Assembly: GCF_006345805.1 (NCBI RefSeq)
Contig: NW_021833641.1
Location: forward strand, 2,574-66,573
Reading direction: 5' to 3'
Length of the DNA: 64,000 bases
Source of the DNA: Octopus sinensis
Taxonomy: Eukaryota
In this document: piece by piece, positions 52,356-64,000 of the stretch
Position numbering within the stretch: the stretch's first letter is position 1
How the letters are laid out: every line of letters starts with the position of its first letter
Translations under genes and position numbers: made by a program
Notes under the pieces: model-generated
What the model was told of the DNA's origin: nothing
Databases searched by the model: none
The model's input: only the letters and a program-made list of their open reading frames with translations

Positions 52356-53202
52356 GACGACGACGACGATGACGACGATGACGATGATGATGATGATGAT
52401 GATGATGCTGTTGATGTTGATGTTGATGTTGATGATGACGATCATGATGATGACAATGACGACGATAATGATGATGATGATGATGATAATGATAATGATG
52501 ACGAAGATGATGGCGGCGTGATGATGACCCAGAAAGCTGATTGTTATGCTAGATGGCAATAATACCATTGTTAGTTCTTTTTCCTTTTATTCTTCCTCTT
52601 CTTGTTGTTGTCGTTGTTGCTCTTTAACCGAAGGTCAGTCATGATCCATCTGAGTATATGATGAGAATCCATTTGGCGCCTGTGGGTGTGGTGCTGATAG
52701 GGATGATAGCAGACCCATCATTGCTGGCGATCGTGGTGGTGGTGGTGGTTTCAGATGCAATGGAGTTAGCAGAGATGGTCATAGTTTTATTGGCGATGAT
52801 GTCGATGTTGTATTAGTGGTGATCCTTTTCACTACCAATACAACAAAACCATTGTCAACAAATCTGTGACCACCCCTACCATTCCGTGTTACCACAGCTC
52901 GGGATACTTCGTCTAATATGTTCTTTATTTTGTAGTGCTGCAACATTTAATTTGATAGTGTCTGGCTGATATTTCTAGCATTTAAAGCATGTCTGGTTTC
53001 TTATTCTCTATCTCACGGTCTTTATATCACCTGGAGGATATACCTCAATCCTTTTTATATTAACCAAAATGAAGTAGATTGGCAAAATTATTTTTTCAAT
53101 CTATTGAAAACACACAAGATGTCGAAATATCGTTCACTAGATGAAAATGGCACTCCTCATTTAATTTTGACTATATATCTTCTGGAAGAGTTACCTCAAT
53201 CC

Positions 53203-53275
<73 letters not shown>

Positions 53276-53289
53276 GGAGCAGCAGTAGC

Positions 53290-53388
<99 letters not shown>

Positions 53389-54799
53389 TATGCAAATCCA
53401 GGAAGAAACTCTCTGACTTCTGATCGTAACTGATTGGAAGTGCCCTCACGTAGATGTTTTGTCTTGGTACAAAAGATGGACTTCAGCAATATACTTGTCA
53501 CTTGCTTGACCTTAACTATTTGAGTATGTCCCTTAGTTGCTGAGAATATGAGCATCTCTGATCAGGATCAGGAATACTGGGTAAGCATCGTAGCCATGTG
53601 CAGAATAATTTTGGGTGTTTGAATAACTCACCTCTGGAAACATGGGTGTTTCGTCCATCATTCTTAAACACTTATTCAAGGACCTTTTGTGCGTGATAGA
53701 CTATTTTATAAGATCAAAATTCTAACTGTTCAAGGTTATGCGCTGTTTGATTGAAAAAGTCGACCCCGGAAAAATTTGAACTCAGAATGTAAAGTTGTAC
53801 GTAATATTGCTAACCATTTGGTTCGGTGAAGTGGTTATATTAATGTTATTCTAGTGGTTGTGATGATGAAGGTGGTATGGTGGTGGTGGTGATAGTACTA
53901 GATATTAAGGTGATTGTCACAATTGCAGTAGTAGTGGTGGTGGTCATGGATATGTTAGTGAAGTTGGTGTTGGTGGTTATGGTTATGATGATGGTGATAA
54001 ATGTGGTGATGGTGTCGTTGGGGGCGATGGTTATCTTGGAGATGACGGTGGGAGGTGGTATAGGCGTAGGATGGAGACAGTGTATGTGTGTGTGGGTGGG
54101 TGGGGGCATGTTTGTCGGTTTTGATGTGGTCTAACGGCAATAATGATGTCAATAATTATATTGATGACACGATGACAGTGATTGAGATGACTGTCAGAGG
54201 TGGTGATGACAACTGTTGACTACGAAAATGACAATGGTGGTGGCGGGGATGATGACGGTGGTAATGGTGGTGATGATGATGATGATGATAAGATTGGTGA
54301 TGCGATTTTGGACGATTCTAGAGGCGGAAGGGGGATGTTTGTCCTGATGACGATGGTGAGGACGATGACGGTGACAACGGTAATAATGGCGATGTTGATG
54401 ATAATGTTGATGATGGCGCTGACGGTTGTAGTGGTGGTCGTCGTAGCGGCGATAGAGATGGTGGTGGTGATGACGGTCGGAATGATCTTCCTCCCTCGGC
54501 ATGATGACCACTACGATGATGATGATGATGATGATGTTGATGATGGCGATGATGATGGCGATGATGATGATGATGATGATGATCATGATGATGTGATGAT
54601 GATGATGATGATGATGATAATGATGATGATGGTGATGATGATGATGATGATGATGATGATAATGATGATGATGGTGTATGATGATGATGATGATGATGAT
54701 GATGATAGTGATGATCACGGCGAAGACTATGGCGATGATGATACGGATGATGGTGATGCTGCTGACAATGTTGGTGATGATGATGATTGAGAAGATGAT

Positions 54800-55232
54800 G
54801 ATCATCATCATCATCGCCATCATTCCGTGGGATGAACATCATCTCAAACCATCAACACCACCACCATCATCATCCTTATCATCGTCATCATCACATTCAT
54901 CAGTATCACCCCACCACCACGACTACCACTAGCATCATCATAACCATCAACGTCCTCCTCCTCATCATCATCATCATTATCATCTTCATCATCATCATCT
55001 TCATCATCATCATCATAATCATCATCATCTTCATCATCATCATCATCATCATCATCTTTATCATCATCTTCATCATCATCATCATCGCCATCATTCCGTG
55101 GGATGAACATCATCTCAAACCATCAACACCACCACCATCATCATCCTTATCATCGTCATCATCACATTCATCAGTATCACCCCACCACCACGACTACCAC
55201 TAGCATCATCATAACCATCAACGTCCTCCTCC

Positions 55233-55263
<31 letters not shown>

Positions 55264-55318
55264 TATCTTCATCATTATCAACGCCATCATCATTATCATC
55301 ATCATCATCATCATCATC

Positions 55319-55350
<32 letters not shown>
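54800..55350. repeat. 271-bp direct tandem duplication in an (ATC)-oriented segment
   Basis: GCCATCATTCCGTGGGATGAACATCATCTCAAACC recurs; identical ORF starts at 54832 and 55103. Confidence 0.9.
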
Positions 55351-55351
<1 letters not shown>

Positions 55352-55751
55352 TTCATCATCATCATCATCATCATCCCCATCGTGTTTGTCGTCGTCGTTG
55401 TTATCACTTTGATTCTTATCAGTTCATGAAATATGAGTAAAAAGAGCGAAATTAGATAATTATGACACCGAAGATAATGATATGATGATGAGGAGGGTTA
55501 GGATGAGGAGCAGGATGAGGGAGGAGATGAGCACGATAATGAAGATGACTAAGAGGCTACTTTCAAACCCGCTGGTGTTGCTGGCGATAACGGCGATAAT
55601 TCTGGCAGTGATGCTGACAATGTGATTTCAACGGTGGCCAACTGCTTACGTTGATGGTGATGATGATGATAAAATTGATGATGTTGATGATGATGATGAT
55701 GATGTGATGATGATGATGATGATGATGATGATGACGACGATGATGATGATG

Positions 55752-55795
<44 letters not shown>

Positions 55796-55869
55796 GATGA
55801 TGATGTTGTTGTTGATGATGAAGATGTTGATGATGGTGACGATGATGATGATGATGATGATGATGATCT

Positions 55870-55902
<33 letters not shown>

Positions 55903-56041
55903 CGATGATGATGATGTTGATGATGATGGTGATGATGATGATGATGATAATGACGACGACGACGGCGATGATGATGATGATGATGATGATGACGACGACG
56001 ACGACGATGATGATGATGATGATGGCGACGACGACGACGAC

Positions 56042-56099
<58 letters not shown>

Positions 56100-56587
56100 A
56101 TGATGATGATGATGATGATGATGATGATAATGTTGATGATGATGATGATGATGATGATGGTGATGGTGATGGTGATGGTGACGAATAGGACGATGACGGT
56201 GCTGAAGACATCCCTGGTGTTGGAGGTGGGGTTGGTGTTGTTTCTGCTGATGGTGGTGATAAGGATGTTGGACGACAATGATATTGATGGTGGCAGTGAT
56301 GACACTGTGTGATGATTTTGGAGCCAATACTGGTATTGATGCTGCTTCTGATGGCGGCGGTGGTGGTGTAGTTGGTGGTGGTGCTGGTGTTGGTGGTAGT
56401 GGTGAGGATAAGGATGATCGCAATGACGACGACGACAACGATGACAATATTAAATACGAGGCCGGTAACGATGAAAATGCTGTTGATGCAGATGCTGGCT
56501 ACTGCTTTAACATTACCATTGCTGCTTATGTTGCCGACGACGTTGATGATGATGATGATGGTTACGATGATGATGGTGATTATGGTG

Positions 56588-56619
<32 letters not shown>

Positions 56620-56826
56620 GGTTATGATGATGATGATGGTGGTGGTGTTGATGATGGACATGATGATGATGATGATGATGATGATGACGACGATGTGGAT
56701 GACGATGATGATGACGATGATGATGGTGATGACAATGATGATGATGATGATGATGACGATGATGACAATGTTGATGATGATGATAATGATGATGATGGTG
56801 ATGACAATGATGATTATTATGGTTAC

Positions 56827-56860
<34 letters not shown>

Positions 56861-57366
56861 CGGATGCTGATGTTCCTGCTGCCGATGCTGCTGATGCCGC
56901 AACTGAAGCTGATACGATAATAATGATGATGATGATGATGATCACTCCAATGATGATGATTAGAATGATGACGATGATGATGATAATAATGATGATGACG
57001 ATGATAATGATGATGACGACGATAATGATGACGATGACGACGATGGTGATGATGATGGCAATGCTGTATTTGCCAGTTGGAATCAACTCATTCAAAATGA
57101 TTTGTCGATTTTGTGTAATGAGGCAAACAAACACAATTTTTATTAGTTTCCTTCTTTGTTTTTGTTCTCGATTTTTTTTCTATTTTTCTTTCTTATTCAA
57201 TGTTTTAGCTTTTAAGAAGCAGAAAAAAAAAACAACAAAAAAACAAATAAAATAAAACCGAGCCAAAAAGCAACAACAACAACAACAACAACAACAACAG
57301 AATCATAAAGAAACGAGTTTGGCATTTATTATTTTTTTTCTTCTATTTTCTGTCCTTTTTCGAAAG

Positions 57367-57552
57367 AATGTCAAGCTGTGCTTTGTCCAAAGTCTTGTCT
57401 CCCAATATGTTGGACACAGCGCTCACCCGAACCACACCGACGGTTCCTATACCATTGCTGAGCGTGCAACAACCACCACAAACTACTGCTACTACTCCTA
57501 CTAATACTACTACTCCTACTACTACTATTGCTGCTGCTGCTACTACGACTAT

Positions 57553-57591
<39 letters not shown>

Positions 57592-57744
57592 CACAAGTGC
57601 TGCTGCTGGTGGTGATGATATTGATGCTATCACTACTACTACCACCACCATCACTACTACTACTACTACTACTAATACTACTAATACTACCACCACTACT
57701 ACTACTACCACCACTACTACTACTACTACTACTAGTACTACTAC

Positions 57745-57775
<31 letters not shown>

Positions 57776-58012
57776 GTCGATTTTGATGATGTTGATGCTA
57801 TCACTACTTCTACTACTACTATTACTACTACTACTCCTACTGCTGCTGCTACTGATGATGTTGATGCTATCACTAGTTTTACTACTACTACTTTTACTAC
57901 TACCATTACTACTTCTGCTGCTGCTGCTGCTGACGATGATGATAACGATGATGATGATGTTGATGCTATTACTACTACTAATTACTACCATTGCTCCTGC
58001 TGCTGCTGCTAA
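57367..58012 (+). other. Possible exon encoding a Pro/Thr-rich segment (unconfirmed)
   Basis: Polypyrimidine tract 57328-57360, AG at 57365-57366, non-repetitive MSSCALSKVLSPNMLDTALTRTTPTVPIPLLSVQQPP, then poly-Thr with four DDxDAIT units. Confidence 0.25.
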
Positions 58013-58482
58013 CATTTCAACTACCACCACCACCACTATCACCAACACCACCACCACTATCACCAACACCACCAACACCATCACTACTACTACTACTACT
58101 GCTACTGCTGCTCTCATCTTGCCCTCTTATTCCGTTTAAACCATATCTGATGGAAGAGGCTTGACAGCAGTTATTGCTGTTGTTGTTGTTGTCCAATCCA
58201 GACTCGGATTACCTTTAATCAAATAATCCTTGGATTACATTAACGAACGGTTCCCTTTATTACCAAGAAATATAACTCTTAATTTAAGGGAGTCGCTCTT
58301 ACTATTTCCTAACGGGGTGGGGAGCATCCTTATTCTTCAAAACAGCTGTGGCTCTGTCGATCCAATTGGAATTTAATTAATCATGTGATTTGCTCAGAAG
58401 AAAATTATCCAATGATTGGGAGGATGGTTAAATTCTACTCAAATCCCTTCAAAATATCTGATTTCAATATCGAGGATGTTAT

Positions 58483-58906
58483 TTACTCTTTACTCTCTCT
58501 TTTACTCTTTTACTTGTTTCAGTCATTTGACTGCGGCCATGCTGGAGCACCGCCTTTAGTCGAGCAAATCGACCCCGGGACTTATTCTTTTTGTAAGCCC
58601 AGTACTTATTCTATCGGTCTCTTTTTGCCCAACCGCTAAGTGACGGGGACGTAAACACACCAGCATCGGTTGTCAAGCAATGCCAGGGGGACAAACACAG
58701 ACACACAAACACACACACATACATATATATATACATATATACGACAGGCTTCTTTCAGTTTCTGTCTACCAAATCCACTCACAAGGCATTGGTCAGCCCG
58801 GGGCTATAGCAGAAGACACTTGCCCAAGATGCCACGCAGTTGGACTGAACCCGCAACCATATGGTTGGTTAGCAAGCTACTTACCACACAGCCACTCCTG
58901 CGCCTA
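58483..58906 (-). mobile_element. Full-length SINE family 3
   Basis: Complete head, CORE-like domain, internal microsatellite and tail. Confidence 0.9.
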
Positions 58907-58991
58907 TATTTGGAAATGTTACTGTTAGGATCATTGTGGTTTTCATCACTAGATGTCGAAATCCTAAAAAAAAAAAAAAATTGATGTATCA

Positions 58992-59400
58992 TAGGCGCAG
59001 GAGTGGCTGTGTGGTAAGTAGCTTGTTTACCAACCGCATGGTTCCGGGTTCAGTCCCACTGCGTGGCACCTTCGGCAAGTGTCTTCTACTCTAGCCTCGG
59101 GCCGACCAAAGCCTTGTGAGTGGATTTGGTAGACGGAAACTGAAAGAAGCCCGTCGTATCTATGTATGCATGTATATGTGTGCGTGTAAGTTTGTGTTTG
59201 TCCCCCTAGCATTGCTTGACAACCGATGCTGGTGTGTTTATGTCCCCGTCACTTAGCGGTTCCGCAAAAAGAGACCGATAGAATAAGTACTGGGCTTACA
59301 AAAGAATAAGTCCCGGGGTCGAGTTGCTCGATTAAAGGCGGTGCTCCAGCATGGCCACAGTCAAATGACTGAAACAAGTAAAAGAGTAAAAGAGAGTAAA
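58992..59400 (+). mobile_element. Full-length SINE family 3
   Basis: Complete; inverted relative to 58483-58906. Confidence 0.9.
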
Positions 59401-59584
59401 GTGTATATAGACGTAAAATAGAGCCAATGCTGGTATTGATGCTGCTTCTGATAGCGGTTGTGATGTTTTTGGTGATGATGATGTTGATGATGAGGACAAA
59501 GATGATCACAATGACGACGTCAACGATGACAACATTAAATACGAGTAGTAGTAGTTGTAGTAGTAGCAGCAGTAGTTGCAGTAA

Positions 59585-59624
<40 letters not shown>

Positions 59625-59723
59625 TGTAGTAGTAGTAGTAGAACTCGTAGTAAAAGAAGTGTTAGTATCAACATCACCAACATCATCATCATCATCAGCA
59701 CAGCTGTAGCAGTAGCAGCAGTA

Positions 59724-59764
<41 letters not shown>

Positions 59765-59782
59765 TATTATTATTATTATTAT

Positions 59783-59817
<35 letters not shown>

Positions 59818-60240
59818 ACTAAATCTGAATTTATTATTCATTTCTTTCAGAAAAATTTTGCGAAAATTTCTACAGGTTTTCAAAGTTTGATAGTTTTCGG
59901 AATTTTCAACCAATCAAAAAACAGCGCGTTTGCTGCCTCTTCCATCATCTGTCACAGTAGCAAGAAAGTTGTGTGTAGCGGAGGAGGCACCAGCATGTAT
60001 AAAATTTTAAATAGCTACAGTAAAGAATGAAAAGTATTAAAAGATTCGCGAACAAACTAAATATTGGAAAGCAACCAGCAAACCAACAGGAGTTGCTAGA
60101 AATAACAGTGAAAACATTGCTTAAACACATTTATTAGTAAAAACGAATTCAAGAACGAAAGTTGGCAATACACTCTAGAATTGGATTCCTACCGTTATGA
60201 AAAAAACATTTATAGAACGAGGGGTGTTTACCCTCTTTGT

Positions 60241-60372
60241 GCGCATGCGCTGCATGTTTGGTTACTATGGAAACAGAGTTCTTCGCAATCAGCTATGGAA
60301 CACGTGGTGTTTCTTTGCTTACTATGCTAATACAGCTTCACGGTGATGTGTAAAATACTCGCTTCTGATTGG
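60241..60372. promoter_or_regulatory. Cluster of transcription-factor consensus motifs
   Basis: GCGCATGCGC (NRF1) 60241-60250; GTTACTATGGAAAC (RFX X-box) 60261-60274; CACGTG 60301-60306; ATTGG 60368-60372. Confidence 0.4.
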
Positions 60373-60693
60373 TTAAAATAGACAAATTTTGGAAATTTTA
60401 AAGTCGAATAACTTTAATTATGAATTCTAAGAAAAATAAATTTCATTTCCATAAGTAGCATACAAAACTTAATCGATATACCAAATTTGAAAACAATTGG
60501 AAGTTATTTGTAGACAGCGACGATAACCACAAAGTTCTCCCTGCTCTGTAGGGAATGTGATTTCGAGATGTAAGACTTATGTCATGTGTATGATGTCAAG
60601 ATTCTAATTAGAGGTCTCATATATATAGCTTTCTACTACAGGCACGAGACCTGAAATTTTGTGGGATAGGGCTAATCGGTTACATCGAGCCCA

Positions 60694-60928
60694 TGTAAGG
60701 CGGCGAGCTGGCAGAAACGTTAGCACGCCGGGCGAAATACTTAGCGGTATTTCGTCTGCGTTACGTTGTGAGTTCAAATTCCGCCGAGGTCGACTTTGCC
60801 TTTCATCCTTTCGGGGTCGATAAATTAAGTACCAGTTACGCACTGGGGTCGATGTAATCGACTTAATACCTATGTCTGTCCTTGTTTGTCCCCTCTGTGT
60901 TTAGCCCCTTGTGGGTAATAATGAAATA
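60694..60928 (+). mobile_element. Full-length SINE family 2 with 16-bp target-site duplication, inserted in an older related SINE
   Basis: GGTTACATCGAGCCCA at 60678-60693 and 60929-60944. Confidence 0.95.
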
Positions 60929-61070
60929 GGTTACATCGAGCCCACTGTCTGTCTGGGACTTAGTTTACCGATCCCGAAACGATGAAGGCAAAGTTGACCG
61001 CGGAGGGATTTAATCTCGGAACATAAAGACGGGCGAAATGCCGCCAAGTTTCAAGGCCGGTTTGTTAACT

Positions 61071-61823
61071 TTCTACATGAACTCAATGAAAATCAGGTAC
61101 AGCAAAGTTTGGAAGTCTGCAGTATGCTACTTTCTCGTCAGAAAAATGAATCATTTCTGAATCGAATTGTAACATGTGATGAGAATTGGAACGAATACAA
61201 CAACCGTAAATATTCAGCACAATGGTTGAACAAAGACGAGCCACCAAAACACAGTCCCAAAAGCAAAATTCATCAACAGCAGTTGATGGTGTGTGTTTGG
61301 TGGTCTGGTGCAGCTGTGATTCATTATGAGTTCATGAAACTTGGCTCATCAATCACGGCAGTATTCCGCAGCCAACTGGACCAAATGATGCAGAAACTTA
61401 CAAAAAAAACCCTAGATTAGTCAGCAGATGCATTCCTATTTTATTGCAAGACAACACCAGACCACACATCGCAAAAATGACATTGGCGAAACTACAGGAG
61501 TTAGAGTTGGAGGTTTTCTATCATCCACCATACACGCCTGATCTTGCCCCCACTGACTACCACATCTTACAGAATTTGGATAACGTTTTGATAGGAACAA
61601 AAATTAATTCCAACGATGCTATAAAACAGATCTTCCATAATTTTATTGACACCAGATTGCCAGGCTTTTACAGTTCCGGGCGGGACATGCTACCGCTCAA
61701 ATGGCAAAAGAGTTTTGACAACATGGGTGGATTCTTTGATGGATAATACTATTCCTTGTATTTATAAAACATTAGCAAACCTTTTTTTTCTTTTCTACAA
61801 AGTTCATACTTCACGACCTAATA
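61071..61823 (+). mobile_element. Mariner transposase pseudogene fragment, 5' truncated
   Basis: RIVTCDENW, LMVCVWWS, LQDNTRPH, HPPYTPDLAPTDYH, LPLKWQK; one in-frame stop and frameshift. Confidence 0.9.
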
Positions 61824-61824
61824 G

Positions 61825-62255
61825 CTTACTTGCCAACCACATGCTTCCCGGTTGAGTCCAACTACGTAGCATATTGGGCAAGAGCCGATCAAAGCCTTAT
61901 GAGTGGATTTTGTTGAAGGAAAACTGAAAGAAACCCGTCGTAGATATATAGTATATTATATATTATATATATATATAATATATTCAACATACATACATAA
62001 TATATATACATATAATATATTATATATATATAATATATATATATATATAATATATATAAATGTGTGGTGTGAGTGTATATTGTGTATATATGTATTGCCC
62101 CCTTACCATAGTTGACACAACTGTAAATTACCGGGTTCGGCAAAAGAAGCAGATAGCATAAGTACTAAGAATGAGTCATCGGTTTCGCTTTGTTCGATTG
62201 AAGGTGGTGCTCCAGCATGGCCGCAGTCAAATGAATGAAACAAATAGAAGAATAA
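61825..62255 (+). mobile_element. Diverged SINE family 3 with internal (TA)n
   Basis: Degenerate head, GTGGATTT..GAAACTGAAAGAA, tail GGTGGTGCTCCAGCATGGCCGCAGTC. Confidence 0.65.
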
Positions 62256-62325
62256 AATATATATTATATATATTATATATATATATATATATTATCTATA
62301 TATATATATATTATATATATATATA

Positions 62326-62399
<74 letters not shown>

Positions 62400-62714
62400 T
62401 TATTATATATACTATATTGTACATATGTATATCGCAAGGTTGGTGAACTGGCAGAGAGTCGTTACCGTTGTGGGCAATGGCTTAATAACGCTATTTTGTG
62501 TGTCTCTATGTTCTGAGTTCAAAATCTGCTGAGGTCGACTTTATCTTTCGTCCTTTCGGCGTCGATAGGGCAAATGACAGGTAGACACTTGGGCCAACTT
62601 AAACGACAAATACTCTCCCCGAAATTCCTGTCTTTAAACCAAAATTTGAAATCGTTATATATATATATACATATATATTATATGCAATTTTAGTTACTCG
62701 GGGTGTTGTCTTCA

Positions 62715-62905
62715 TCTTTGGTAACGACGCGTTTTCTCAAATCTCAAGAACTTTTCTTTCGATTTTTGCAGAACAGAGTTTCTTTTATAGCATTTTGAGT
62801 TTTGTGCCAAGTGCACCAATTACCACGGGAATAATTGTCATCTTAATCTTCCAGAATCTCTTTATCTCTGGAACTTACAATTTTTTTTCAATTTCTTTGG
62901 TATTT
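62715..62905 (-). mobile_element. R4/Dong-type endonuclease C-terminal remnant next to (ATT)n
   Basis: EIKRFWKIKMTIIPVVIGALGT. Confidence 0.7.
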
Positions 62906-62923
62906 CCATTATTATTATTATTA

Positions 62924-62980
<57 letters not shown>

Positions 62981-63113
62981 CATTATTATTATTATTATTA
63001 TTATTCAGTAGTTTTATTTTTATAGCGTGCTTTCGCTTCACTACCGAGCGCAGCTCTGTGTGCCTTGGGTATGTGCTGTGATTTGTTGTGATGCTCTGAT
63101 GGTTATTGTATGG

Positions 63114-63169
<56 letters not shown>

Positions 63170-63330
63170 GTTTTTTCCTTCTTTCTTCAAATTTTTTACC
63201 GTTTCTCGCCGTGTATTTTTCCATACACCTAGGGCAGAGAAGTTCATTGTATGCATTCCCAGATTACACATACAAATTCACAGATAGAATATATCTTTTA
63301 TTATTATTAATATTATTATTATTATTATTA

Positions 63331-63378
<48 letters not shown>

Positions 63379-63510
63379 CATTATTATCGTTTTTCCTTCT
63401 TTCTTCAAATTTTCTACCGTTTCTCGCCGAGTGTTTTCCATACACCTAGGGCAGAGAAGTTCATTGCATGCATTCCCAGATTACACATACAAATTCACAG
63501 ATAAAATATG

Positions 63511-63513
<3 letters not shown>
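63170..63513 (-). mobile_element. Two R4/Dong-type 3' UTR-only insertions (63170-63292 and 63388-63513) in (ATT)n
   Basis: Homologous to 16856-16990, which is contiguous with the R4-type ORF end. Confidence 0.8.
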
Positions 63514-63585
<72 letters not shown>

Positions 63586-63594
63586 TTATTAACG

Positions 63595-64000
63595 TAACGG
63601 TGAGCTGGGAGAAACGTTGGCACGCCGGAAAAAATGCTTAGCGGCGTTTCGTCCGTCTTTGCGTTCTGAGTTCAAATCCAGGGTTCAATGAAACAAGAAC
63701 AAGTTACGCACTAAGATCGATGTAATCGACTAGCCCCGCCACCCCAAATATCTGGCCTTGTGCTTTTAATAAAAAGGACATCACTACAGCTGTTGAATAT
63801 ATCAAGTCATTTAGCTTGTCGATATATTGTGTATCTTTTGATATGTTCATTATTACTTGTGGAAGCACTCCGTCAGTTACGACGACGAGGGTTCCGGTTG
63901 ATCCGAATCAAGGGAACAGCCTGCTCGTGAAATTAACGTGTAAGTGGCTGAGCACTCCACAGACACGTGTACCCCTTAACGTAGTTCTCGGGATATTAAG
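63595..64000. mobile_element. SINE family 2 head (+, about 63595-63735) and 42391-family SINE 3' part (-, 63855-64000)
   Basis: Family consensus blocks. Confidence 0.7.

Larger units (their letters stand above)
45100..58110. repeat. ~13-kb domain of decayed trinucleotide repeats (GAT, GGT, GAC, ACT) with strand switches
   Basis: Direct inspection; interrupted by SINE and (ATT)n/(AGT)n islands. Confidence 0.95.

Noticed and set aside
45133-57255. Long poly-Asp, poly-Met, poly-His and poly-Ser ORFs as genes (for example aspein-like)
   Set aside because: They are alternative frames of (GAT)n, open on both strands, and are broken by recurrent frameshifts and stops. No signal peptide or splice structure is evident
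58385-58639. ORF MICSEENYPMIGR...
   Set aside because: The second half is SINE sequence and the first half has no support
61109-61746. Domesticated SETMAR-like gene
   Set aside because: It is 5' truncated, has a stop and frameshift, and there is no SET domain nearby

Overview
Eukaryotic, AT-rich, repeat-saturated DNA. The SINE, microsatellite and LINE repertoire looks like a coleoid cephalopod, probably Octopus (inference from family resemblance, not a database match). I found no complete protein-coding gene, rRNA, true tRNA gene or CRISPR array, and almost all ORFs in the supplied track are translations of microsatellites. The window contains: (i) many tRNA-derived SINEs of at least four families; (ii) fragments of Penelope-like elements (PLE, GIY-YIG), R4/Dong-type, Tx1, RTE and CR1/L2 LINEs, plus mariner, maT, Tigger-like, MULE and Helitron DNA elements; (iii) a 79-bp minisatellite, a degenerate ~43-bp repeat and a ~13-kb trinucleotide (GAT/GGT/ACT) domain at 45-58 kb. 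The most notable signal, which the ORF track does not show, is about 15 type-I hammerhead ribozyme motifs from several distinct short (TA)n-embedded elements. Two have fully canonical cores (28138-28197 and 30114-30201), and one of these lies in a 466-nt tandem, non-coding, retrozyme-like unit. Several others share a recurrent non-canonical CCGA core. Two weak host-gene hints (36.75-37.1 kb and 57.37 kb) are reported as hypotheses only.
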